Shown here: one piece after another, positions 16,869 to 26,694 of the stretch
Layout: each line of letters begins with the position of its first letter
Numbering within the stretch: position 1 is the first letter of the stretch
Assembly (NCBI GenBank): GCA_035310325.1
Contig: DATGEH010000204.1
Span: 1 to 60,994, forward strand
Length of the DNA: 60,994 nt
From: Gaiellaceae bacterium
GTDB lineage: Bacteria; Actinomycetota; Thermoleophilia; Gaiellales; Gaiellaceae
Direction of reading: 5' to 3'
Notes under the pieces: generated by a model
The model's input: the letters and a program-made list of their open reading frames with translations, nothing else
Told to the model about the DNA's origin: nothing
Database searches by the model: none
Position numbers and translations under genes: made by a program

Positions 16869-17864
16869 GTGGAGGCAACGCTCACCGGATTGACCGCCGG
16901 CGGCGGCTGCGCCGCGAAGTACTCGGCCGCCCGGCTGGAGGAGCTGCTGAAGGGATTCGTCCCCGTCGAGGCCGAGAACCTGCTGGTCGGCCTCTCGCCG
17001 GCCGACGACGCCGCCGTGTACAAGCTCGACGACGAGCGCGCGCTCGTCTTCACGGTCGACTTCTTCCCGCCCCTCGTCGACGACCCGGCGGTCTTCGGCC
17101 GCATTGCCGCGACGAACGCGCTGAACGACGTGTTCGCGATGGGCGGCGTGCCGCTCCTCGCACTCTCGATCGCGGCGTTTCCGGAGGAGTTGCCGACAAG
17201 CGTGCTCGCGGCGGTCTTCTCCGCGGCCGACGAGCAGGTGCGCGCCGCAGGCGCGCTCCTTGCGGGCGGGCACACGATTCGCGACGCGGAGCCGAAGTAC
17301 GGGCTCGCCGTGGTAGGCACGGTGCATCCGAACGGCATCTGGCCGAAGGCGGGCGCACGCGCAGGCGACGCGCTCCTCCTGACGAAACCGCTCGGCACCG
17401 GGCTCGTGCTCGCCGGCAAGGCCGACGACGACGAGGCCGTGCGGTGGATGACGACGCTCAATGCCGCCGCCGCCGACGCACTGCGTCCGTTCAGTCCCAA
17501 CGCGGTCACCGACGTCACCGGCTTCGGGCTCTTCGGGCATGCGCACGAGATCGCAGAACGCAGCGGCGTGCGCGTTCTCATCGACAGCGCTGCGCTGCCC
17601 GCGCTCGAGGGTGCCGTCGAGCTCGCGCGGGCAGGCGTGCGGACCGGGGGCGATCCTCGCAACCGCGAGTTCGCTCCCGTCGAAGCCGACGGCGTCGCAG
17701 AGGAGCTGCTCGCGCTCGGCTACGACGCGCAGACCGCAGGCGGCATGCTCATCTCGCTGCCGGCGGAGAAGGCGCTGTCGCTCGAGGCGGAGTTCCGCGC
17801 GCGCGACCTCTTCATTCGCCGCATCGGCTCGGTCGAAGAAGGGACCGGCATTGTCGTCCGTTAG
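16869..17864 (+). CDS. selD: Selenide, water dikinase (selenophosphate synthetase), Cys-type
   Basis: N-terminal LTAGGGCAAKYS (Cys/Lys catalytic motif) and an AIR-synthase-like body. 331 aa. Confidence 0.8.
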   Translation: MEATLTGLTAGGGCAAKYSAARLEELLKGFVPVEAENLLVGLSPADDAAVYKLDDERALVFTVDFFPPLVDDPAVFGRIAATNALNDVFAMGGVPLLALSIAAFPEELPTSVLAAVFSAADEQVRAAGALLAGGHTIRDAEPKYGLAVVGTVHPNGIWPKAGARAGDALLLTKPLGTGLVLAGKADDDEAVRWMTTLNAAAADALRPFSPNAVTDVTGFGLFGHAHEIAERSGVRVLIDSAALPALEGAVELARAGVRTGGDPRNREFAPVEADGVAEELLALGYDAQTAGGMLISLPAEKALSLEAEFRARDLFIRRIGSVEEGTGIVVR

Positions 17865-18747
17865 CCTCCCGAGGCGGTTCGCGTTCGAGCTGACGCCCGA
17901 GCAATTCGTGTGGGTCGCGCGCGCAGCCGTCGCCTGCCTCATCGGCATCGTCGCCACCGGCGCGACGGTGCGGCTCACCGGCTCGGGGCTCGGTTGCCCG
18001 CACTGGCCCACGTGCACGACCGCGCATGCACTGCCGCACGGCTACCACTCCGACATCGAGTTTGCGAACCGCGTCGTGTCGGCGGTGACGATCTTCGCCA
18101 CTCTCGCGCTCGCCGTCGTGGCGTTTCGCACGCCGCGGGCTCCTCGCCGTCTCGCCCTGGCCGTCTTCCTGGGGACGCTCGCGCAGGCGCCGCTCGGCGC
18201 GGTCACCGTGTACTACGACCTCAACCCGTACCTCGTCATCTCGCACCTCCTCCTGTCGCTGACCGTGCTCGGGCTCGGCGTGTTGACGCTGCTGTTCGCG
18301 CACGACGGCGGAGCGTCGTTGCCGGCGATCGCGCGCGCCGGAGGCGCGGCTCTGCTGGTCGCGATCGCCGTCCTCGTCGTCACCGGCACGCTGTCGACGG
18401 CCGCCGGTCGCTTCCCCGGAAGCAACGGGGTGACGGTCGTGCGCCGGCTCGGCAACTTCCACGACGCCGTCTGGCTGCACGTGCGCGCGGTCGCCGCGTT
18501 CGGGATCCTCTTCCTGCTCCTCGCTGCCTGGGCGTGGACGCGGCGGCACGCGTGGCCGTGGCTCGTGCGCGGCTGCGCAGGGTTGCTCGCGATCCTGCTC
18601 GTCCAGATGGGGCTCGGCGAGCTCCAGTACCGGACGTACGGCACGGTGCCGTGGTGGGTCGTCGTCCTCCACGTGGCGCTCGCCGCGGCGCTGTTCGGCT
18701 GGACGGTCGGCCTCGTCGCGCGTCTATGGCGACCCGTGGAGCACTAG
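17851..18747 (+). CDS. ctaA: Heme A synthase (COX15/CtaA family)
   Basis: GSGLGCPHWPTC motif, multi-TM. The proposed TTG start at 17851 overlaps the end of selD. The start is uncertain. Confidence 0.75.
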   Translation: MSSVSLPRRFAFELTPEQFVWVARAAVACLIGIVATGATVRLTGSGLGCPHWPTCTTAHALPHGYHSDIEFANRVVSAVTIFATLALAVVAFRTPRAPRRLALAVFLGTLAQAPLGAVTVYYDLNPYLVISHLLLSLTVLGLGVLTLLFAHDGGASLPAIARAGGAALLVAIAVLVVTGTLSTAAGRFPGSNGVTVVRRLGNFHDAVWLHVRAVAAFGILFLLLAAWAWTRRHAWPWLVRGCAGLLAILLVQMGLGELQYRTYGTVPWWVVVLHVALAAALFGWTVGLVARLWRPVEH

Positions 18748-18756
18748 ACTCGGTCG

Positions 18757-19647
18757 ATGGCTGAGCTGAGCGTCTCGTTCAGGCCGGAGCTCAGGAACCC
18801 GGTGCTGATCTGCGCGTTCCGGGGCTGGAACGACGGCGGACAGGGCGCATCGCTGAGCGGCGGCTACCTCGCGAAGCTCTGGAGCGCGGAGCGCTTCGCC
18901 GAGATCGACTGCGAAGGCTTCTACGACTTCCAGGCGACGCGGCCGCACGTGTCGCTCGTCGAAGGAATGACGCGCCGGATCGACTGGCCCGAGAACGCGT
19001 TCTTCCATGCGGAGATCCCCGGTGCCGATCGCGACGCGGTGCTGCTCCTCGGCGTCGAGCCGAGCCTGCGCTGGAAGACGTTCACCGGCCTCGTGCTCGG
19101 ACTTGCGAAGGAGCTCGGCGTCGAGATGGTGATCACCTTCGGTTCGCTGCTCGCCGACGTACCGCACACGCGGCCGGCCCCGGTGACCGGAGCGGCGACC
19201 GATCCGGAGCTCGTGGAGAAGCTCGGTCTCGAGCCGTCGCGCTACGAGGGGCCGACGGGCATCGTCGGCGTCGTGCACGACGCGTGCCGCGAGGCATCCA
19301 TCCCGTCCGTCAGCCTCTGGTCGGCGGTGCCGCACTACGTGTCGCTCGCACCGAGCCCGCGCGCCGCGCTCGCGCTCGTCCGCCGGTTCGGAGAGCTGTT
19401 GAACGTCGAGATCGACCTCACCGAGCTCGAGCAGGCATCCGAGGAATACAGCGAGCAGGTGACCGAGGCCGTGTCGACGGACGCGGAGACCTCGAGCTAC
19501 GTCGAGGAGCTCGAGCGCCGCGTCGACATGCTCGCGGAGGAAGACGACCTGCCGTCCGGCGAGACGCTTGCCGCGGAGCTCACGCGCTTCCTGCGCGAGC
19601 GGGACGAAGAGGACGAGGACGACGGCCCGGAGGGGCCGGCCGTCTAG
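18757..19647 (+). CDS. PAC2-family (proteasome assembly chaperone-like) protein
   Basis: NPVLICAFRGWNDGGQGAS...YEGPTGIVGVVHDA...PHYV pattern with an acidic C-terminal tail. Confidence 0.75.
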   Translation: MAELSVSFRPELRNPVLICAFRGWNDGGQGASLSGGYLAKLWSAERFAEIDCEGFYDFQATRPHVSLVEGMTRRIDWPENAFFHAEIPGADRDAVLLLGVEPSLRWKTFTGLVLGLAKELGVEMVITFGSLLADVPHTRPAPVTGAATDPELVEKLGLEPSRYEGPTGIVGVVHDACREASIPSVSLWSAVPHYVSLAPSPRAALALVRRFGELLNVEIDLTELEQASEEYSEQVTEAVSTDAETSSYVEELERRVDMLAEEDDLPSGETLAAELTRFLRERDEEDEDDGPEGPAV

Positions 19648-22163
19648 CTTTCCGCTGCGGGCGGCGGCGCGTCGCCCGCAGGCTTGCGCCGTCGCCGGCG
19701 CCGCTTCGGTCTCGGCGTGTCACCGTCGGCTCTCTCGGCTGTAGCCGGGGCGCCCTCGACGGGTGCAGTGCCCGGCTTCCTCTTCCGGCGGCGCCGCCGT
19801 CTGTTCCTGCTCGACTGCTGCTTCGGCGCGGGGAGGTTCTCGGAGAGCGCGAGCGCGACCTCCTGGATCGTGCCGAGCTGCTCGCGTGCCTCCTCGAGCA
19901 GCTTGGTCGCACGCGGCGTGTAGCCCTCGGCGGACGCGAGCAGCGCGGCGCCGACCTGCGGCGGCAGCTCCAGCGCCGTGCGCACCAGCTTCGCGGCGTT
20001 CTCCTCGTGTCGGTGACCGCGCGAGTTCGCGAGCGCGCCGAGCAGCCGCTTCGCCTCCGGATAGTCCGTCGACGCGCGCCGGTCCTGCGCCTTGCGCGAC
20101 GCGCGCGCGAGCTTCCACGTCCAGCGTGCGAGGATCTGCTCGGGCGCGTCCGGCTTCCCGTCCGCGATCGCGCGCAGAAGGATGCGGATGCCCGCGAGGC
20201 GCTCCTTTTCCCACGGCGGCGCCTGGGTCACCAGCGTGACGAGATCGTCGAAGTCGGCGCGCTCGACGGGCATCGAGACGCGATCCTGCAGCGCCATCAT
20301 GCGCAGGCGCCGGTTGGGGTTCTCGGCGGCGCAGCTCGTCAGGAACTGTTCGAGCGCGCCCTTCGTCGCACGTCCTTCGGTGAGCTTCTGCACGAACGAC
20401 GCTCGTTCGTCGAAACGGATCTGTCGGCCCGCGATCGTCGCCCAGTAGCGCTGCTCGTCGTCGTCGAGGAACCGCGGGTCGACGCGCTGCCACTCGCGCT
20501 GGATGACGGCGATGCGGCGACGAACGTCGGGCGTGACGGGAACGAGCCACGGCGCCGGCGTGAGGCGCCGGCGCGCCCGGCGTTGCGACCGGCGGCGCGG
20601 CGCGGGAGTGACGCGTGCGCCCTCACGATAAAAGTCTGCGTCGAGCAACGAATGGAGTGACACGACGCGCTCGTTGTGCGTCGCTCCCTTGGGGACGAAG
20701 TCGACGACTATGCCTGCTTCCTTGCGCGGGTGCATGCGCATGATGCGCCCGATGCGCTGCTGATACACGCGCTTCGACGCCGTCGGCGCAAGGTGCATGC
20801 ACACCGTCGCCCGCGGCGAGTTCCAGCCTTCCGCGAGCAGCTGTGCGTTGATCAACACGTTGATCTCGCCGCGCTCGTATGCCGCCAGCGTCTCCGCGAG
20901 GCGCACCGGCGGCGTGCGGCCGGAGACCGCCTCCGCTTTCAGGCCGGTGGCGCGGAACTCCTGCGCGAGGTTGTAGGCGTGGTCGACGCCTGCCGCGTAG
21001 ACGATGCCCGGCGTGTTGTCGAAGCGATCGCGGTAGAGGCTCGCGGCCGCCTGGTTCAGCGCCTGATGGTCGAGCGTCTTGGCAAGGATTTCCTGATCGA
21101 AGTCTCCGCCGACGATCGGCACCGAGTTGATGGCGGCGACGGGCGGAACGCGCAGGCAGCGAAGCGGCGCGATCAGGCCACGGCGCGCCGCGTCCTGCAG
21201 CGGTAGATCGTCGACCGAGGCGGGAAAGACGTCGGAGACCTGCTTCGCGATCAGCTGCTCGGTCGCCGTCATGCCGATGTAGAGGGGCTCTGGGAACGAG
21301 CGGATCGCGGCCGACGTCTTCTCGCCGAGCGCGGTGTGCGCCTCGTCGCAGATGACGAGCTGGTATGCGTTGCGGCTGATCGTGTCGACGTGTCGCGCGA
21401 ACCACGCGTACGTCTGGATCGTCAGCGGGTTGTCCTTCGGCGGTTCCTTGCCCGTTTCGATCGCCTCGGTGAAGCGGTCGCCGTACCCCTCGGTAGTCAG
21501 GTCGCGCGTGAACTGCGAGACGAGCAGGCGGCGATGCGTGAGGATCAGGACGCCGAGCGTACGGGCAGCATCGACGAACCCGGCTGCCGCGATCGTCTTG
21601 CCGGATGCGGTGGGGTGGCGGAAGCGGTAGCGGCGCACTGCGCCGGGGTCCTGCTCCGGCGAGAGCTCCTCCGGCTCGGACTCCTCGTCCTCGCCGTCGA
21701 CGGTGACGACGAGCGTTGCGTCCTCGTCCTCCTCCTCTTGCTCGACCTCTTCGAGCTCGACCGCGCTCAAGGTGGCGTGCCCGTTGCCGTTCTGCTCATC
21801 GGTGCGCTGCGTCGCGGCGATCAGCTCGGTGAGCATCCCCGCGAGCGCGTCGACCTGGTGGCGCCGCAGCGAGGTGCCGGCAGCCGTCGTCGCGTCGGGA
21901 TCGGCGAGGACGCGCTCGAGCCCCAGCATGAGGCCGTAGCGGACCTTCCATTGCGGGCTCGGCTTCTTCTCGCCTGCGTCGATCTCCGCGAGCGCGTCGT
22001 CGAGTGCGCGCCGTCTCGCGGTGCCGGGCGCGAGCGATTCCTCGGGATTCTCCTCCGCACGCAGGAAGGGCTCGCCCGCCCACGCTTCGGCGCGGGTTGC
22101 TGCGGCGGCCAGAGGGTGCACCGCCTCGGAAAGGATCGTCGGCTGGTGGATGGCTTCCTGCAT
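19644..22163 (-). CDS. SF2 DEAD/DEAH-box helicase with a long C-terminal extension and an Arg/Lys-rich tail
   Basis: Motif I TASGKT, motif II ICDEAH, motif VI QRIGRIMR. The C-terminus carries RRRRRRKRK and KRRRRRRK. Its stop overlaps the PAC2 stop in CTAG. Confidence 0.8.
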   Translation of the reverse strand: MQEAIHQPTILSEAVHPLAAAATRAEAWAGEPFLRAEENPEESLAPGTARRRALDDALAEIDAGEKKPSPQWKVRYGLMLGLERVLADPDATTAAGTSLRRHQVDALAGMLTELIAATQRTDEQNGNGHATLSAVELEEVEQEEEDEDATLVVTVDGEDEESEPEELSPEQDPGAVRRYRFRHPTASGKTIAAAGFVDAARTLGVLILTHRRLLVSQFTRDLTTEGYGDRFTEAIETGKEPPKDNPLTIQTYAWFARHVDTISRNAYQLVICDEAHTALGEKTSAAIRSFPEPLYIGMTATEQLIAKQVSDVFPASVDDLPLQDAARRGLIAPLRCLRVPPVAAINSVPIVGGDFDQEILAKTLDHQALNQAAASLYRDRFDNTPGIVYAAGVDHAYNLAQEFRATGLKAEAVSGRTPPVRLAETLAAYERGEINVLINAQLLAEGWNSPRATVCMHLAPTASKRVYQQRIGRIMRMHPRKEAGIVVDFVPKGATHNERVVSLHSLLDADFYREGARVTPAPRRRSQRRARRRLTPAPWLVPVTPDVRRRIAVIQREWQRVDPRFLDDDEQRYWATIAGRQIRFDERASFVQKLTEGRATKGALEQFLTSCAAENPNRRLRMMALQDRVSMPVERADFDDLVTLVTQAPPWEKERLAGIRILLRAIADGKPDAPEQILARWTWKLARASRKAQDRRASTDYPEAKRLLGALANSRGHRHEENAAKLVRTALELPPQVGAALLASAEGYTPRATKLLEEAREQLGTIQEVALALSENLPAPKQQSSRNRRRRRRKRKPGTAPVEGAPATAERADGDTPRPKRRRRRRKPAGDAPPPAAES

Positions 22164-22267
22164 GTGCGCAGCACATTCGTGTGCTGCAACCTTCGAGAGG
22201 TGCGGATTCGCCTGAGTCCCCTGGGGCGGATCGCGCGCCTAGAAGTGTAGCCGCCCGGCCGGAAGCG

Positions 22268-22855
22268 TCAACCGCCCAGGCCGCCGAAAACGGCGAAGGG
22301 ATTGCCCGGGGCGACCTCGTACACGAGCTCTCCGCCGGGCTCGACCTCGCCGTGGAGTCGCTCGGCGAGCGCCGCTGCGTCCTCCCGCGTCCCGCAGCCG
22401 GCGATGACGTAGTCGAACGTGCGGGCGGGCTTGTAGCCCTCCGCCTCGAGCTTTGCGGCGAGCGCGTTCGCCTCCGCGCGCGAAGTGCATTGCACGCGCA
22501 CCTCCCACGGCGCGTAGCCGCGGTCGAGCTCCTCCTCTTCCCACGACTCGCCCTTCGGCTCGTCGTCCCAGCGTTCCTCGTTCTCGAGCCAGTGCTCGAC
22601 GCGGCTCTCGTGCCCTTCGATCCCGAGCTCGCGCAGCTCGGCCGCGATCACCGCGTGCGCCTTGTCGGCCGCAGGCCACGACGAGGCGTAGACGAACAGC
22701 TCGTTGCCGTCGCGGGACACGGCAAGGCGCTCGTGCTCGAGCTCTTGCGCGAGCTCGCGCGCTTCCGCGCCGAGCTCGAGCCCCAGCCGCTCGAACAGCC
22801 CACTCGCATGCTCCTCCTCCGCGAGCTCGATATGGATGCGCCAGTCGTCGGCCAT
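22268..22855 (-). CDS. Hypothetical acidic protein with an internal two-fold repeat
   Basis: 195 aa with two similar ~70-aa halves (W-x-I/V-x-I/V ... A..LA..LE...). No known motif recognised. Confidence 0.5.
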   Translation of the reverse strand: MADDWRIHIELAEEEHASGLFERLGLELGAEARELAQELEHERLAVSRDGNELFVYASSWPAADKAHAVIAAELRELGIEGHESRVEHWLENEERWDDEPKGESWEEEELDRGYAPWEVRVQCTSRAEANALAAKLEAEGYKPARTFDYVIAGCGTREDAAALAERLHGEVEPGGELVYEVAPGNPFAVFGGLGG

Positions 22856-22879
22856 GGCTCTAGCTTAGAGTCCAAGCGG

Positions 22880-24232
22880 ATGGAGCCGGACTACGCTCGC
22901 ATCGAAGAGGACGCGGTGCGGATCCTCGACCTCCTCTGCCGGCAGCCGAGCGTGTCGGCGGAGGGCCGCGCACTGGACGAGACGGCCGAGCTCGTCGAGG
23001 AGCTGCTCGCCGGCGCCGGATTCGAGACGAAGCAGCTCCGCGCCGACGACGGTGCAGCCGCCGTGTACGGCGACCAGCCCGGCGCGAGCGAGTACACGCT
23101 GCTCCTCTACAACCATTACGACGTTCAGCCGGTCGACCCGATCGAGCTGTGGGACTCGCCGCCGTTCGAGCCGACGCAGCGGGACGGCAAGCTCTATGCG
23201 CGCGGCACGTGCGACAACAAGGGCGAGCTCGCGGTCCGCCTTGCGGTGATCCGCGCGCTGCGCGAGAACGGCGGCCTGCCGATTCGCGTGCGCTGGATCG
23301 TCGAAGGCGAAGAGGAGATCGGCAGCACGAACTTCGACGAGATCGTGCGCAGGAACACGGAGATCTTGCGCGCGGACGGCTCGCTGTGGGAAGGCGGCTC
23401 CGCGCGGCTCTCGGACGGGCGGCCCGAGCTCGGCCTCGGCTTCAAGGGCGCACTCGGCATTCGGCTCGACGTGAAGCTGCTCGCGACCGACGCGCACTCG
23501 TCGCTCGCCGTCGTCGCGCCGAGCGCCGCGTGGCGCCTCGTCGAGGCGCTGTCGAGCATCCGCGGTCCCGACGGGAGATGCCGGATCCCCGGTTTCTACG
23601 AGGCTGCGCGTGCGCCGACCGACGCCGAAAAGCGCGCGCTCGCCGAGGCGAGCTCCGCCGAGGAGGGCGAGCTGCGCGAGCTGCTCGGGCTCGACGAGTT
23701 CGTCGACGGGCTCACCGGGCCGGCGCTGTGGGAGCGCGCGGCGTACACGCCGACGTCGAACATCGCCGGCATCGCCACCGGGTACAGCGGCCCCGGCATC
23801 AAGACGGTGCTGCCGAAGGAAGCGAGCGCGTGGATGGACTTCCGGCTCGTCCCCGGCCAGCATCCCGACGAGATCCTCACGGCGCTACGCGCACACCTCG
23901 GGCGCGAAGGCTTCGGCGACGTCGAGGTGACGCCGCTCGTCAGCGCGCTTCCCGCGACAACGCCGATCGAGCATCCGTTCGTGCAGCGGGTCGTGCGTGT
24001 TGCCGAGGCGGTCACGGGTGCACGCGCATCGATCTTCCCGCTCGGCCCCGCGACGCTGCCGATCATCGCCTCGCTCCAGCGGCATCTCGGCGTGCCCGGG
24101 CTCTCGGCCCCGGACAATCCGACCTATTCGGGGTCCGGCGCGCATGCGCCGAACGAGCACATCCGCCTCGAGGACGTCGGGCCCGCCGTGCGCTTCACGT
24201 ACGCGCTGCTGCAGGATCTCGCGGCCGCGTAA
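22880..24232 (+). CDS. M20-family dipeptidase-like metallopeptidase
   Basis: LLLYNHYDVQPV, ARGTCDNKG, EGEEEIGS. The ATG at 22880 is in frame inside the 742-aa track ORF. Confidence 0.8.
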   Translation: MEPDYARIEEDAVRILDLLCRQPSVSAEGRALDETAELVEELLAGAGFETKQLRADDGAAAVYGDQPGASEYTLLLYNHYDVQPVDPIELWDSPPFEPTQRDGKLYARGTCDNKGELAVRLAVIRALRENGGLPIRVRWIVEGEEEIGSTNFDEIVRRNTEILRADGSLWEGGSARLSDGRPELGLGFKGALGIRLDVKLLATDAHSSLAVVAPSAAWRLVEALSSIRGPDGRCRIPGFYEAARAPTDAEKRALAEASSAEEGELRELLGLDEFVDGLTGPALWERAAYTPTSNIAGIATGYSGPGIKTVLPKEASAWMDFRLVPGQHPDEILTALRAHLGREGFGDVEVTPLVSALPATTPIEHPFVQRVVRVAEAVTGARASIFPLGPATLPIIASLQRHLGVPGLSAPDNPTYSGSGAHAPNEHIRLEDVGPAVRFTYALLQDLAAA

Positions 24233-25982
24233 CGACTCCGCTCTGGAAGAGCGGCCAGCCGGCCCCGAGGATCAGGCACGCGTCGACGTCGGCGGGATCG
24301 TCGACGACGCCCTCGGCGAGCAGGTGGCGCACCTCGTCGGCAAGCGCGTCGAGCGCGTCGTCGCGGATCTGCTCGAGCGAGCGTCTTGCTGCGCCGGCCG
24401 GTTCGAGTGGGAACCGGTCCGGCCACGCGGCGTGCATCGTCTCGAGCACGTGCTGGGCGACCTGTTCGCCCACGAGCTGCAGCAGGATCGACGGTGCCAT
24501 CGGCATCCCGAGCGAGAGGATCGCCTCGTCGGTCTCCTCTACGGTGCTGCCGCCGGCGAGCGCGTCGCGGAGGACGCACGTCATGCGCGTCATCAGGCGA
24601 TTGACGACGAAGCCCGGCGCGTCGCGCACGACCACGCCGCGCTTTCCGAGCTTCGCCACCACATCCCACGCGGTGGCGAGCTGCTCGTCGGTGGTGTCTG
24701 GTGTGCGCACGATCTCGACGAGCGGCATGACGGCAACGGGGTTGAAGAAGTGGAGGCCGACGTTCGCGCCCATCGCCTCGACCGAGAGCGACGACGTGTT
24801 CGTCGCAAGGATCGCTTCCGGGGCGATCTCGCGCACGGCGGCGAAGACCTCGCGCTTCACGTCGAGCTCCTCGAAGACGGCCTCGAGCACGAGGTCGCAC
24901 CCGGCGAACTGATCCCAGCCGGTGCCTCCGTCGACGACGGCGGCCGGCAGCTCGCCGCGGATTGCGGCGACGGCGGCGTCGACCCGTGCCGCGTCGATGT
25001 CGCGCAGCACGATCGGGACCTTCAGCCGGCGCGCGAACAGGGTCGCGAGCTGCGTGGCCATCAGGCCGGCGCCGACGATGCCGACCTTCGCCACCGCGCG
25101 CGGCTGCACGCCGGGAAGGTTCGGCGGCCGCTTGGTGCGCCGCTCGACAACGGTGAACCCGTACACCGAGTTCTGCGCCTGCGGGCTGACGAGCAGCTCG
25201 CGCATCGCGGCCTCTTCGGCTGCGTAGCCTTCGTCGAGCGTCCAGTCGCGCGCGCCTGCGATGAGATCGAGGGCGACGTACGGCGCGCGGGTGGCGCCGT
25301 GCACGGCGTCGTCGATGCGCGCGCGGGTCTTGCGCACAACCGTCTCCAGCTCGGACCAGTCGGGCGCCGGACGCGAGACTTCGCCTGTGTGCTCGATCGA
25401 GGCCTCGACGAAGCCGTCGGGCTCGAGCAGCGCGTCCGCGATGCCGAGCTCGACCGCTTCCGCCGCCTTCAGAAGCCTGTTCTGGCGCAACGGGTTGAGC
25501 ACGATTACCTTTATGGCAGCCTCCGGACCGATCAGCCTCGGAAGCAGCTGCGTGCCGCCCCAGCCCGGGATGATCGAGAGCGCGACCTCGGGGAAGCCGA
25601 CATGGCGCACGCCTGCCGCGATCGTGCGAACGGAGCAATGCAGCGCGAGCTCGAGCCCGCCGCCGAGACACGCGCCGTTGATCGCCGCCACGGTCGGGAA
25701 CGGCAGCGCGCGGATCCTGCCGAACAGATCGTGCCCCGCGCGGATGCCCGTGCCGGCGTCCGCGGAGGTGAACTCGTCGATGTCGGCGCCGACGCAGAAG
25801 ACGCCCGGCTTGCCGGTGAAGACGGCTGCGCTCCAGTCGCCGCTCTCGAGCTCGGCGAGCACCTCGGTCGCCGACTCGAACGCGGAACGCCCGAACGTCG
25901 TCGGTGCGTCCACGCCGTTGTCGAGCGTTACGAGCGCGACCGAGCCACGGCGCTCGAGAGTGAAGGTCGTCGCGGCGCCCAT
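24195..25982 (-). CDS. Bifunctional enoyl-CoA hydratase / 3-hydroxyacyl-CoA dehydrogenase (FadB-like)
   Basis: N-terminal crotonase (FCVGADI...NGACLGGGLELAL) plus a Rossmann VGIVGAGLMA and 3HCDH C-terminal region. ATG at 25982. Confidence 0.8.
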   Translation of the reverse strand: MGAATTFTLERRGSVALVTLDNGVDAPTTFGRSAFESATEVLAELESGDWSAAVFTGKPGVFCVGADIDEFTSADAGTGIRAGHDLFGRIRALPFPTVAAINGACLGGGLELALHCSVRTIAAGVRHVGFPEVALSIIPGWGGTQLLPRLIGPEAAIKVIVLNPLRQNRLLKAAEAVELGIADALLEPDGFVEASIEHTGEVSRPAPDWSELETVVRKTRARIDDAVHGATRAPYVALDLIAGARDWTLDEGYAAEEAAMRELLVSPQAQNSVYGFTVVERRTKRPPNLPGVQPRAVAKVGIVGAGLMATQLATLFARRLKVPIVLRDIDAARVDAAVAAIRGELPAAVVDGGTGWDQFAGCDLVLEAVFEELDVKREVFAAVREIAPEAILATNTSSLSVEAMGANVGLHFFNPVAVMPLVEIVRTPDTTDEQLATAWDVVAKLGKRGVVVRDAPGFVVNRLMTRMTCVLRDALAGGSTVEETDEAILSLGMPMAPSILLQLVGEQVAQHVLETMHAAWPDRFPLEPAGAARRSLEQIRDDALDALADEVRHLLAEGVVDDPADVDACLILGAGWPLFQSGVVTRPRDPAAART

Positions 25983-26006
25983 TCGGGTGCAACCATACTT
26001 CCCGTC

Positions 26007-26642
26007 ATGACGTGGGCCGAACGCGCCCAGGCGGCGGTCGAGCGCTATCGCGCCGGCGAGTCGCGCGACCTCGACCAGCGCCAGTTGACACAGCTCGGCA
26101 ACGCGGCGTGGGCAGCCGGCCTCTGCTGCTTGATGGACGGGCGCCGCGGTGACGCCGCCGAGTGGCTGCGCCGCGCCGCCGACCGCTACCGCGAGAGCTG
26201 GGATGCCGGTGCGCCGGCCGACTCGTGGGGCCGGCCGATCGCTGCGATGAAGGCGCTCCTGCTCGCCGGCGACGACGCGGGCGCGGCTGCGCAGTGGGCC
26301 CTCGACGCCGGCGCGGAGAAGTCGGAGTCGCCGATCGGCCGCTACGCGGCGACGCTCGCGCTGCTCGTGCTGGGTCGCGAGCACGACGCGCTCCACGTCG
26401 CGGGCACGCTGCGTGAGCGCGACGACTTCCCGCGCGATGTCGCCGACGCCCTCGCCGAGCTTGCCGCCGGAGAGAATCGGGTCGAGTACGCCGTGGCGGT
26501 CGAGAGCATCCTCGACTCGTTCGAGCAGCGAACGGACTTCCTCGAGGACGTCCCGGTCGCCGACACCGTGCTCGTCTTGCAGGCGCTCGCCGCGCCGCGC
26601 GGATTGGCGATCGATCTCCCCGCGTCGCCGCTACTGCCGTGA
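26007..26642 (+). CDS. Hypothetical helical protein (211 aa)
   Basis: The ATG at 26007 lies inside the 881-aa track ORF. Coding-like composition, no motif recognised. Confidence 0.45.
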   Translation: MTWAERAQAAVERYRAGESRDLDQRQLTQLGNAAWAAGLCCLMDGRRGDAAEWLRRAADRYRESWDAGAPADSWGRPIAAMKALLLAGDDAGAAAQWALDAGAEKSESPIGRYAATLALLVLGREHDALHVAGTLRERDDFPRDVADALAELAAGENRVEYAVAVESILDSFEQRTDFLEDVPVADTVLVLQALAAPRGLAIDLPASPLLP

Positions 26643-26647
26643 GCGGC

Positions 26648-26685
26648 GGGGTCAGACACCGAGACATGTCCGGGTGTCTGACCCC
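26648..26685. repeat. Hairpin copy of the GGGGTCAGAC repeat family
   Basis: ggggtcagacacc-gagacatgtccg-ggtgtctgacccc. It shares GGCGGGGTCAGAC with the 14136-14248 array and lies between convergent genes. Confidence 0.8.
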
Positions 26686-26694
26686 GTCGTTCGC

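Noticed and set aside
19644-22855. Helicase plus adjacent small acidic protein as a phage-defence module
   Set aside because: The helicase has only generic SF2 motifs. No nuclease, methylase, or other effector or sensor domain was recognisable. The 195-aa gene is about 100 nt away with its own context, and the neighbourhood (PAC2, M20) looks like core actinobacterial synteny. Evidence is insufficient.
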